Source of the DNA: an uncultured Enterobacteriaceae bacterium
GTDB taxonomy: Bacteria; Pseudomonadota; Gammaproteobacteria; Burkholderiales; SG8-39
Reading direction: 5' to 3'
Assembly (NCBI GenBank): GCA_964576525.1
Contig: CAZNVH010000015.1
Span: 39,883-103,882, forward strand
DNA: 64,000 bases
The position numbers were made by a program, and so were the translations under genes. Shown here in pieces: positions 30,146-36,548 of this stretch. Every line of letters begins with the position of its first letter. The first letter of the stretch is position 1. The notes beneath the pieces are model-generated. The model saw nothing but the letters and a program-made list of their open reading frames with translations. It ran no database searches and was not told the origin of the DNA.

Positions 30146-31375
30146 TCAGGCGTTCGGGCGTGCTGGCGACGCGCAGGCCGTTGTTGTTGTTGCGGTTAGA
30201 AGTCGTGTTGTTGTTGCGGTTGGCGGAGCGCAGGTTCTGTGGATTGTTGTTCCACGAGCCGCCACGCTGGACGCGCTGCGCACAAAGGGCCAGCCAGGCT
30301 CGCGCGGCGCCTCGTTCGACGGATCGAACCAGCCGCCGCGAAAGATCGCGCGCCTCAGGCGCCAGGTGTCGGCATGTTCGGCATGCGCGATCCAGGCGCC
30401 GATGCGCCGCACAACTTCCTCTCCTGTCACCGTGCCCGCGCGCCAGCGGTCGCGCAGCCCGCGCAGCCGGTTGCGGAAGCGCCTCACATTGTCTTCCGGC
30501 AGCCGGCGGTAGCCGCGCGGCGCGAGCACGTAGCCGAGAAAACGCGCCGGCGCGGCGCTCTCGGCGATGTGCGTCTTTTCGGGGTGAAGCAGGAGCCGCC
30601 TGCCGCAGAGAAAGCGCGCAAGCTCGCCCCGCCACGCTTCGAGGGTATCCACGCCGTCCGCAAACAGGGCGAAGTCGTCGACGTAGCGCACATAGGGGGC
30701 GCGCAGCACTTCCGTGGCGAAGTGATCCAGGCAGTCGAGATACAGGTTGGCGAAGAACTGGCTGGTGAGGTTGCCGATCGGCAGGCCGCGCCTGCGCCCA
30801 AAGGGCGAGAACAAATCATCTCCGGGAAAATAACGCTCGACCGGCTCCTGGCGATTGGCGCCGTCGACGATGGCATCGAGCAGCGCGAGTGTGCGCGCGC
30901 AGGCGATGCGGCGCCGGAACTCCGCCTTCAATATTTCATGATCGACGGCCGGGAAATAGCGGTAGACGTCGCAGCGGAGCACGTGGCGGTGCCGGTCGCG
31001 GTAGCGCTCGTAGCAGGCGACCGCGCGGTGCGAGCCCTTGCCCGTGCGGTTGGCATACGTGTTGGCGATGAAACCGCGCTCGAAGAGCGGCTCGACCACC
31101 GCGCAGAGCGCGTGGTGCACGACGCGGTCGCGAAACGGCGCCGCGGAGATGTTGCGCGGCTTGGGATCGAGCACGCGGAAGGTGACGTAGCCGCCGGGCC
31201 GCCAGCTTCCCTCCAGCAGCCCGCGCTCGAGCTTGAGCAGCTCGCGCTCCAGGTTGGCCATGAACGCTGCGGCGCCGGGCTTCCTGCGCTTGCCCGTGAC
31301 GGCCCGCAGCGCCGCTTCGTGCAGCGCGCGAAAGTTCGCGATGCGCGCAAAGAGGTCTTCAGCCCTGCGCGGCAC
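30146..31375 (-). CDS. DGR reverse transcriptase (Brt-like)
   Basis: Motifs KPRNISAAPFRDRVVHHAL, YANRTGKGSHRAV, LPIGNLTSQFFANLYL, YVRYVDDFALF, FLGYVL and AHAEHADTWRL. The probable start is GTG 31375 (17-nt overlap with avd), with an alternative ATG at 31453. The last 60 or so codons read through the TR in another frame (TTT runs). Confidence 0.88.
   Translation of the reverse strand: MPRRAEDLFARIANFRALHEAALRAVTGKRRKPGAAAFMANLERELLKLERGLLEGSWRPGGYVTFRVLDPKPRNISAAPFRDRVVHHALCAVVEPLFERGFIANTYANRTGKGSHRAVACYERYRDRHRHVLRCDVYRYFPAVDHEILKAEFRRRIACARTLALLDAIVDGANRQEPVERYFPGDDLFSPFGRRRGLPIGNLTSQFFANLYLDCLDHFATEVLRAPYVRYVDDFALFADGVDTLEAWRGELARFLCGRRLLLHPEKTHIAESAAPARFLGYVLAPRGYRRLPEDNVRRFRNRLRGLRDRWRAGTVTGEEVVRRIGAWIAHAEHADTWRLRRAIFRGGWFDPSNEAPREPGWPFVRSASSVAARGTTIHRTCAPPTATTTRLLTATTTTACASPARPNA
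30163..30285 (-). repeat. DGR template repeat (TR), 123 nt, AAC-rich
   Basis: Coding-strand sequence is TTGTGCGCAGCGCGTCCAGCGTGGCGGCTCGTGGAACAACAATCCACAGAACCTGCGCTCCGCCAACCGCAACAACAACACGACTTCTAACCGCAACAACAACAACGGCCTGCGCGTCGCCAG. It aligns to 31794..31922 with differences only at TR adenines plus one 6-nt indel. Confidence 0.9.
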
Positions 31376-31721
31376 GGTTCGCCTTCTTCCAGCCGCCGAC
31401 CAGGCGCCCCGTCTCGTCGAGGTTGCGCGCCGCGTGCTCGTAGCGGCGCGCATCGAGGAGCCTCAGGTCGTGCGCGAGGCGAAACAGGATGCGCAGCTTG
31501 TCCAGGCCTAGGTTCGCCGCGTCGAGCGCCTGCTCGCGCCGGCGGTCGTAGGTGGCCTCGATCAGGCGCTCGAGCACGTCGAGCGCGCCCGCCTGGATGC
31601 GGTCGCCGAGCAGGAACTTCTGCGAGCGCGGGAACTTCTCCACCGTCGGGATGAGCCACAACAGAAACCGGTACAGCGCTTCAAGAGCCGGGCCGGTTTT
31701 GCGCGCTGAGCTGTCCGCCAT
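31359..31721 (-). CDS. avd: DGR accessory variability determinant (Avd, four-helix-bundle protein)
   Basis: 120 aa with LEALYRFLLWLIPTVEKFPRSQKFLLGDRIQAGALDVLERLIEA, typical of the four-helix-bundle/Avd family. It sits between the target and the RT. Confidence 0.8.
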   Translation of the reverse strand: MADSSARKTGPALEALYRFLLWLIPTVEKFPRSQKFLLGDRIQAGALDVLERLIEATYDRRREQALDAANLGLDKLRILFRLAHDLRLLDARRYEHAARNLDETGRLVGGWKKANRAAQG

Positions 31722-31729
31722 TCAAATTT

Positions 31730-31753
31730 CCGCCGCGCCTCACGGCGCGGCGG
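31730..31753. other. Perfect 10-bp GC stem / 4-nt loop hairpin between the VR-bearing gene and avd
   Basis: CCGCCGCGCC (31730-31739), loop TCAC, GGCGCGGCGG (31744-31753). The loop on the coding strand is GTGA. It lies 40 nt downstream of the VR 3' end. Confidence 0.7.
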
Positions 31754-31783
31754 CAAGAGTCAAGGAGTCAAAGATGCAAGAGG

Positions 31784-33640
31784 CTAGTTTGTCCTGGCGA
31801 CGCGCAGGCCGAAGTCGAAGCCGCGGTAAGAAGCCGAGTAGCTGAAGTAGCCGCGGACGGCGGAGCGCAGGGACCGCGGATTGATGAACCACGAGCCGCC
31901 ACGCTGGACGCGCCGCGCACAATTGCTGGAAGTCCACGCGCTGCCGTCGCCCGGCGCCCCGGCATAGTTCGAATTCCAGCAATCCTCGACCCATTCCCAG
32001 ACGTTGCCATGCACGTCGTACAGCCCGAAAGCGTTCGGCGAATATTTTCCAACCTCCACCGTCTTGCCTTCTTTCGTCCCGGTCGGGCTCCCCGCGTAAG
32101 AGACCGAGGCATCATAGTTTGCCTGCTGCGGCGAGATGCTGTTGCCCCAGGAGAATGCGGTCGTCGTGCCGGCGCGCGCGACGTATTCCCATTCCGCCTC
32201 GGTGAGCAGCCGGTAGCTCTTGCCCGTCTTGCGCGAGAGCCAGGCGACGTACTGCTTCGCGTCATCCCACGAAACGTGGATGACCGGCCGCCGGCCGCGG
32301 CCGGAGTCGCTCGGGTTATGGCTGCAGCCGTTTTCGCGCACGCAGGCGTCCCATTCGTCGAAGGTGACTTCGTATTTGCCCGCGGCGAAGGAACGGGAGA
32401 TTGTTACCTGGTGCTGCGGGCCTTCGTCGCCGCCTCGCCCAGGCTCGGACTGGGGCGATCCCATCATGAAGCTGCCGGGCGGGATCATGATCATCTCGGG
32501 GCAGACATCGCAGTCGCGGAAGCTCGTGCCGGGCCGGGCCGAAGGAGGCGAGACCACGCTCGGCGGCGCGACAACGACCACCTGCTGCGGCGGCGGCGCG
32601 GAAATCGTGGGCGCGACAACGGTCACCTGCGGTCGCGGGGCGGAAACCGCGGGCGCGGCGGCTGGGGCCGGCGCGGGGCTCAACGCCTTCAGGCGGGCGC
32701 GGGCGACGCCGGCAAAGCGGCCCTTCGGGTACTGCTCGAGATAGGCGTTGAGCTCATCGGCGTTGCGGCTGTTCCTGACGCTCTCCCACAGCGCGAGCTC
32801 GAGCGCCACGGGATCGGTGGCGGGGGTTGCTGCCGCGGGAGTTGGCGTGGTCTGGGGAGCAGCAGCGACCTGGGTCCCAGGCCGGAAGTAGAAGTCGCCA
32901 ACCAGAGAGGTCGATTCCCAGGGCGTCTGCTTGCCGCCGGTTTCCCTGACCACGCCGGCGCGGGTGCGCTGGAAGACCTTGAGGAGATCGGTATCAGACT
33001 GATTCAGGCTCGCGAGCAGATGCTTGGTGTACGTGCCGTTGCGTCCCGCACCGTCCGCCGCCACTGAGCCGGGCGCGGTGGCGAAGGCGATGACGCTGCC
33101 AGTAGCGGCGTTCATCTGCGCGAGCCCGCGCGACGCCGAACGGAAGCTGCGCGCGAAGGGATTGTTGCGGCAGGCATCGAGGACGATGATGCTGACCTTG
33201 ACCTGCGCCTCTTCCATGGTGCGCAGCGCGAGGTTCGCATTGATCGCCAGGTCCTCGGCCTCGGCTTCGCTCTGGATGTCGGCCCCGACAGGGACGAGGT
33301 AGTTCTCCCCTTTCACCTGCACGCCGTGGCCCGCGAAAAAGAAGAGGCCGACCTGAGCGCGTCGCAGCTCGGCGCCGAACTCGCGAATCGCTTGCCGCAT
33401 GTCGCGGCTGCCGGCATTGCGCTTGAGGATAACCTTGAAGCCGAACCGCTCGAGAGCCTTGGCGATGTCCGCCGCGTCATTCGCCGGGTTGGCGAGCGGC
33501 GAGTCCTTGTAGGCCGAGTTGCCGATCACGAGCGCCACGCGCTGCTCGCCCGCCTGGGCGGGAGCGACATTGAGGTTGCGCTGCGCGGCGGCGGTGGCCG
33601 GCACAGCGGAAATCAGGACCGCGAGAAGAATCCGCCACAT
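31784..33640 (-). CDS. DGR target protein: signal peptide + caspase-like peptidase C14 domain + Pro/Ala-rich linker + FGE-sulfatase (C-type-lectin fold) domain carrying the VR
   Basis: 618 aa from MWRILLAVLISAVPATAAAQ (ATG 33640 preceded by GGGAGGG; the listed start at 33658 is TTG). Caspase His/Cys dyad contexts are FFFAGHGVQ and IVLDACRNNPF. The FGE-sulfatase region is MIMIPPGSFMMGSP...VSWDDAKQYVAWLS...RLLTEAEWEYVARAG...GLYDVHGNVWEWVEDCW...RVQRGGSW. Confidence 0.85.
   Translation of the reverse strand: MWRILLAVLISAVPATAAAQRNLNVAPAQAGEQRVALVIGNSAYKDSPLANPANDAADIAKALERFGFKVILKRNAGSRDMRQAIREFGAELRRAQVGLFFFAGHGVQVKGENYLVPVGADIQSEAEAEDLAINANLALRTMEEAQVKVSIIVLDACRNNPFARSFRSASRGLAQMNAATGSVIAFATAPGSVAADGAGRNGTYTKHLLASLNQSDTDLLKVFQRTRAGVVRETGGKQTPWESTSLVGDFYFRPGTQVAAAPQTTPTPAAATPATDPVALELALWESVRNSRNADELNAYLEQYPKGRFAGVARARLKALSPAPAPAAAPAVSAPRPQVTVVAPTISAPPPQQVVVVAPPSVVSPPSARPGTSFRDCDVCPEMIMIPPGSFMMGSPQSEPGRGGDEGPQHQVTISRSFAAGKYEVTFDEWDACVRENGCSHNPSDSGRGRRPVIHVSWDDAKQYVAWLSRKTGKSYRLLTEAEWEYVARAGTTTAFSWGNSISPQQANYDASVSYAGSPTGTKEGKTVEVGKYSPNAFGLYDVHGNVWEWVEDCWNSNYAGAPGDGSAWTSSNCARRVQRGGSWFINPRSLRSAVRGYFSYSASYRGFDFGLRVARTN
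31794..31922 (-). repeat. DGR variable repeat (VR), 129 nt, at the 3' end of the target gene
   Basis: Coding strand is TTGTGCGCGGCGCGTCCAGCGTGGCGGCTCGTGGTTCATCAATCCGCGGTCCCTGCGCTCCGCCGTCCGCGGCTACTTCAGCTACTCGGCTTCTTACCGCGGCTTCGACTTCGGCCTGCGCGTCGCCAG. It ends 7 nt before the TAG stop. Confidence 0.9.
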
Positions 33641-33751
33641 GAACCCTCCCTGGCTCAAGGCGAACTAGGCGAAGGTATTGTAGGCCTACGGGAGCAAGCA
33701 GCGGCGGTGCTGCTGCACCGACCTATAGCGGAATATCACCTGCCAGAGAAC

Positions 33752-34381
33752 CTAGAAGGAGAACTTGAGCCGCAGGTCCCAGGCGTCGACCCGGAGGTCG
33801 TCGAGGATCTGGAACCGGGTCCAGGCGATCCCAGCCGAGAGGCCTCCGGCCAGCATGTACGACGCGCCGACCCCGAAGTACGGCGAGACGCCTTCGTCCG
33901 ACGAGGCCGCGGGAACGGGCTTGTTGTCGAAGGTACCCGCGCCCGTCGCGGTCACGTCCGCGCTCCAGAAGTAGCCTCCCATGCGCGCATTGAGCCTGAA
34001 GCGCTCGATGTAGGTCTCGAAAACCGGCCCGAGAAACACGCCCGCACTCTCGATTCTCACGTTGAGCGGGCCGGGCGAATTGAACTTCAGCCGGCCGATC
34101 GCACCGGCTTGCGGCCCGGGGGCGCTGATCCCGGTCTCGCCGAGGTCGCGGTATCCGGCTTCGATGCCGACGAAACGGTTGAACATGTATCCGATGCCGA
34201 CCGACCAGGTCGCGTCGGCGCGATCCGACGAGAAACCCTGGTCCTCGAAGTCGTTGTAGTTCGTCAGCCCCTTGCCGAGGGCGACTTCGGCGAAGAACTG
34301 GGCCTGCGCCGCGAGCGCGCAAAGCCAGAGCGCGAGCCCAACGCAGAGCGAAAGCACAGGCTTCAATCGAACCTCCTTCAC
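33752..34381 (-). CDS. Outer-membrane beta-barrel protein (OmpA-like barrel / OMP_b-brl family)
   Basis: 209 aa with a signal peptide ending AAQAQ, alternating amphipathic strands and a C-terminal ...WDLRLKFSF (terminal Phe). GTG start. Confidence 0.65.
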   Translation of the reverse strand: MKEVRLKPVLSLCVGLALWLCALAAQAQFFAEVALGKGLTNYNDFEDQGFSSDRADATWSVGIGYMFNRFVGIEAGYRDLGETGISAPGPQAGAIGRLKFNSPGPLNVRIESAGVFLGPVFETYIERFRLNARMGGYFWSADVTATGAGTFDNKPVPAASSDEGVSPYFGVGASYMLAGGLSAGIAWTRFQILDDLRVDAWDLRLKFSF

Positions 34382-34391
34382 CGGAGAAATC

Positions 34392-34468
34392 TGGTAGGCG
34401 CGATTGGACTCGAACCAACGACCCCCACCATGTCAAGGTGGTGCTCTAACCAGCTGAGCTACGCGCCT
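34392..34468 (-). tRNA. tRNA-Val (anticodon GAC)
   Basis: Reverse complement is AGGCGCGTAGCTCAGCTGGTTAGAGCACCACCTTGACATGGTGGGGGTCGTTGGTTCGAGTCCAATCGCGCCTACCA, with anticodon loop TTGACAT and an encoded CCA. Confidence 0.92.
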
Positions 34469-34501
34469 AGGGTGGGAGAAATTTTATCCTAGACTAGCCC
34501 C

Positions 34502-34939
34502 GTGGAACTGATCCTGTGGCGGCATGCGGACGCCGAAGACGGCGCGCCGGACCTCGAGCGGCGCCTGACGAAGAAGGGGCGCAAGCAGGCGGCGCGCGTC
34601 GCCGCGTGGCTGCTCGAGCACCTGCCGCGGGATTTCGAGGTGGTCGCCAGCCCGGCGCTGCGCGCGCAGGAGACCGCCGCAGCGCTGAAGCGGAACATCC
34701 GCACCGAGCGCGAGATCGCGCCCGGCGCCTCGGTGGCGAAGATCCTGAGGACGGCGGGTTGGCCCGCGGGTGGTGGCACCGTGGTGCTGGTCGGCCACCA
34801 GCCCGACCTCGGGCGCGCCATCGCCACCTTGGTGTCGGGCGAGGACCGCGAGTGGCGCCTGATGAAGGGCGGCCTGTGGTGGCTGGAGAGCGGCGAGACC
34901 GCGCTGGTCAAGGCCGCGATCTCACCGGACTTGCTTTAA
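34502..34939 (+). CDS. sixA: Phosphohistidine phosphatase SixA
   Basis: (GTG)ELILWRHADAE...RLTKKGRKQA...VLVGHQPDLG, a histidine phosphatase RHG-type motif, 145 aa. Confidence 0.8.
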   Translation: MELILWRHADAEDGAPDLERRLTKKGRKQAARVAAWLLEHLPRDFEVVASPALRAQETAAALKRNIRTEREIAPGASVAKILRTAGWPAGGGTVVLVGHQPDLGRAIATLVSGEDREWRLMKGGLWWLESGETALVKAAISPDLL

Positions 34940-36454
34940 GACCGATACCTTCTTGTCCGAGAGGCCGCTGACCTCGAGCTTCATGTCGACCGCTTTCCAG
35001 TGGCCGGCCTCGGCGTCCAGCGCGTCGGCCGACAGCGGGTTGTCGTCGATCCAGGACTGAGGCAGGTCGATGGCGAAGCCGCCGGCATCGGCGGCGACGC
35101 GCAGGAACGGCAGGCGCGCATCGCTGCGGCTCCTCAGGATGAGCGAGGCGAGGCGCAGCGCGAACACCAGCTTCCAGTCGGCGCCCTCCAGGCCCGCGTC
35201 CTGCACCTTGGCGAGCTTGCCGCGGTGCGCGAGCACGATGCGCGCCAGGCGCGCCTGCTCCATGCGCGAGAACCCCGGCATGTCGGCGTTCGACAGCACG
35301 TACGCCGAATGCTTGTGGTACGCGGCGTGCGCGATCGACAGGCCGATCTCCGCCAGGCGCGCCGCCCACTCGAGCATCAGGCGATCGGCGTCGTCCTCGC
35401 GCTCCGTCCCCGGAGCGAGACCATCATAAATTTTTATTGATAACGCCCTGGTTCTTTCCGCCTGCACGGCATCCACGTGATAGCGGCGCATGAACTGCGC
35501 CACCGTCGCCTCGCGCATGTCGCGGTGCTGCACGCGCCCGAGCAGGTCGTAGAGCACGCCGTGGCGCAGCGCGCCCTCGGAGATCTTCATCGCCTCGAGG
35601 CCGAGCGCGTCGAACACCGCGGTCATGATCGCGAGCCCGCCGGGCAGCACCGGCGCGCGGTTCGGCCGCAGCCCGGCGATCCGATCCGGGTCGGCTCTTT
35701 CGTTCTTCAACAACAAGGTTCTCAATCGTTCCAGGCCTTCGCGGGTAATCCCGTCCCCGGCGAAGCCGTTCTCGCGCAGGATGTTCTCGATCGAGCGCGC
35801 GGTGCCCGAGGAGCCGACCGCCTCGTCCCAGCCGGCGGTGCGGTAGGCCTGGATCAGCGCGGCGAGCTCCTGGCGCGCGGCGAGCTCGGCTGCCTTCATG
35901 CGCGATTTGTCGATGCGGCCCTCGGGGAAGTATTTCAGGCTGTAGCTGACGCAGCCCATGTAGAGCGACTCGGTGAGCTGCGGCTCGAGGCCGGTGCCGA
36001 TGATGAACTCGGTCGAGCCGCCGCCGATGTCGACCACCAGGCGGCGCGCCTTTTCCGATCCTGGCGAGGCCGGCATCGCATGCGCCACGCCGAGGTAGAT
36101 CAGGCGCGCCTCCTCGCGGCCCGAGATCACCTCGATCGGGAAGCCGAGCGCGGCGCGCGCCTCGCGCAGGAACTGCGGCGCGTTCTTCGCCACGCGCAGC
36201 GCGTTGGTGCCGACCGCGCGCACCGCGGGCCGCGCGAAGCCGCGCAGCCGCTCGCCGAACTTGGCCAGCGCCTCGAGCGCCACCGCCTGCTTCGCGCGGT
36301 CGATGCGCCTCTCGGGGGTCAGCCCGGCGCCCAGGCGCACCACCTCGCGCACCGCGTCGAGCGGGTAGATCTGGCCGTCGACCACGCGGCCGATCTCGAG
36401 GTGGAAGCTGTTGGAGCCGAGGTCGACCGCGGCAAGCGTTTCATGGCGTGCCAT
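34922..36454 (-). CDS. ppx: Exopolyphosphatase (Ppx/GppA family)
   Basis: 510 aa with AAVDLGSNSFHLEIGRV, VRAVGTNALRVAKN, ISGREEARLIYLGV and VVDIGGGSTEF. Divergent from ppk. Confidence 0.9.
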   Translation of the reverse strand: MARHETLAAVDLGSNSFHLEIGRVVDGQIYPLDAVREVVRLGAGLTPERRIDRAKQAVALEALAKFGERLRGFARPAVRAVGTNALRVAKNAPQFLREARAALGFPIEVISGREEARLIYLGVAHAMPASPGSEKARRLVVDIGGGSTEFIIGTGLEPQLTESLYMGCVSYSLKYFPEGRIDKSRMKAAELAARQELAALIQAYRTAGWDEAVGSSGTARSIENILRENGFAGDGITREGLERLRTLLLKNERADPDRIAGLRPNRAPVLPGGLAIMTAVFDALGLEAMKISEGALRHGVLYDLLGRVQHRDMREATVAQFMRRYHVDAVQAERTRALSIKIYDGLAPGTEREDDADRLMLEWAARLAEIGLSIAHAAYHKHSAYVLSNADMPGFSRMEQARLARIVLAHRGKLAKVQDAGLEGADWKLVFALRLASLILRSRSDARLPFLRVAADAGGFAIDLPQSWIDDNPLSADALDAEAGHWKAVDMKLEVSGLSDKKVSVLKQVR

Positions 36455-36548
36455 GGTCCTAACGTATCAGAGGGTTGCGTGCGGTCACAAACCAGTCATC
36501 AAAACCCCCGGCCCGCCGGTGCACAATGTCCGCCAGGAGCCGTTCACG

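Larger units (their letters stand above)
30146..33640 (-). mobile_element. Diversity-generating retroelement cassette (target/VR - avd - RT - TR)
   Basis: This envelope combines the four component features listed individually. Confidence 0.88.

Noticed and set aside
30181-30221. TTG/AAC trinucleotide-rich run considered as a microsatellite or repeat array
   Set aside because: It is explained by the AAC-codon-rich DGR template repeat. There is no spacer/repeat periodicity, and nothing CRISPR-like occurs anywhere in the window.
30117-30635. 172-aa ORF whose C-terminus (VQRGGSWNNNPQNLRSANRNNNTTSNRNNNNGLRVAS) looks like a second lectin-fold target protein
   Set aside because: Only the TR portion is meaningful. 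Upstream it is Arg/Ala junk lying out of frame inside the RT gene. It is the TR read in the VR-equivalent frame, not a gene.
31768-33067. Several overlapping ORFs (31768..32265 minus; 32009..33067 and 32220..32744 plus) inside the DGR target gene
   Set aside because: All have biased Arg/Gly/Pro composition and lie within a gene that has strong domain signatures in its own frame. They are frame shadows.
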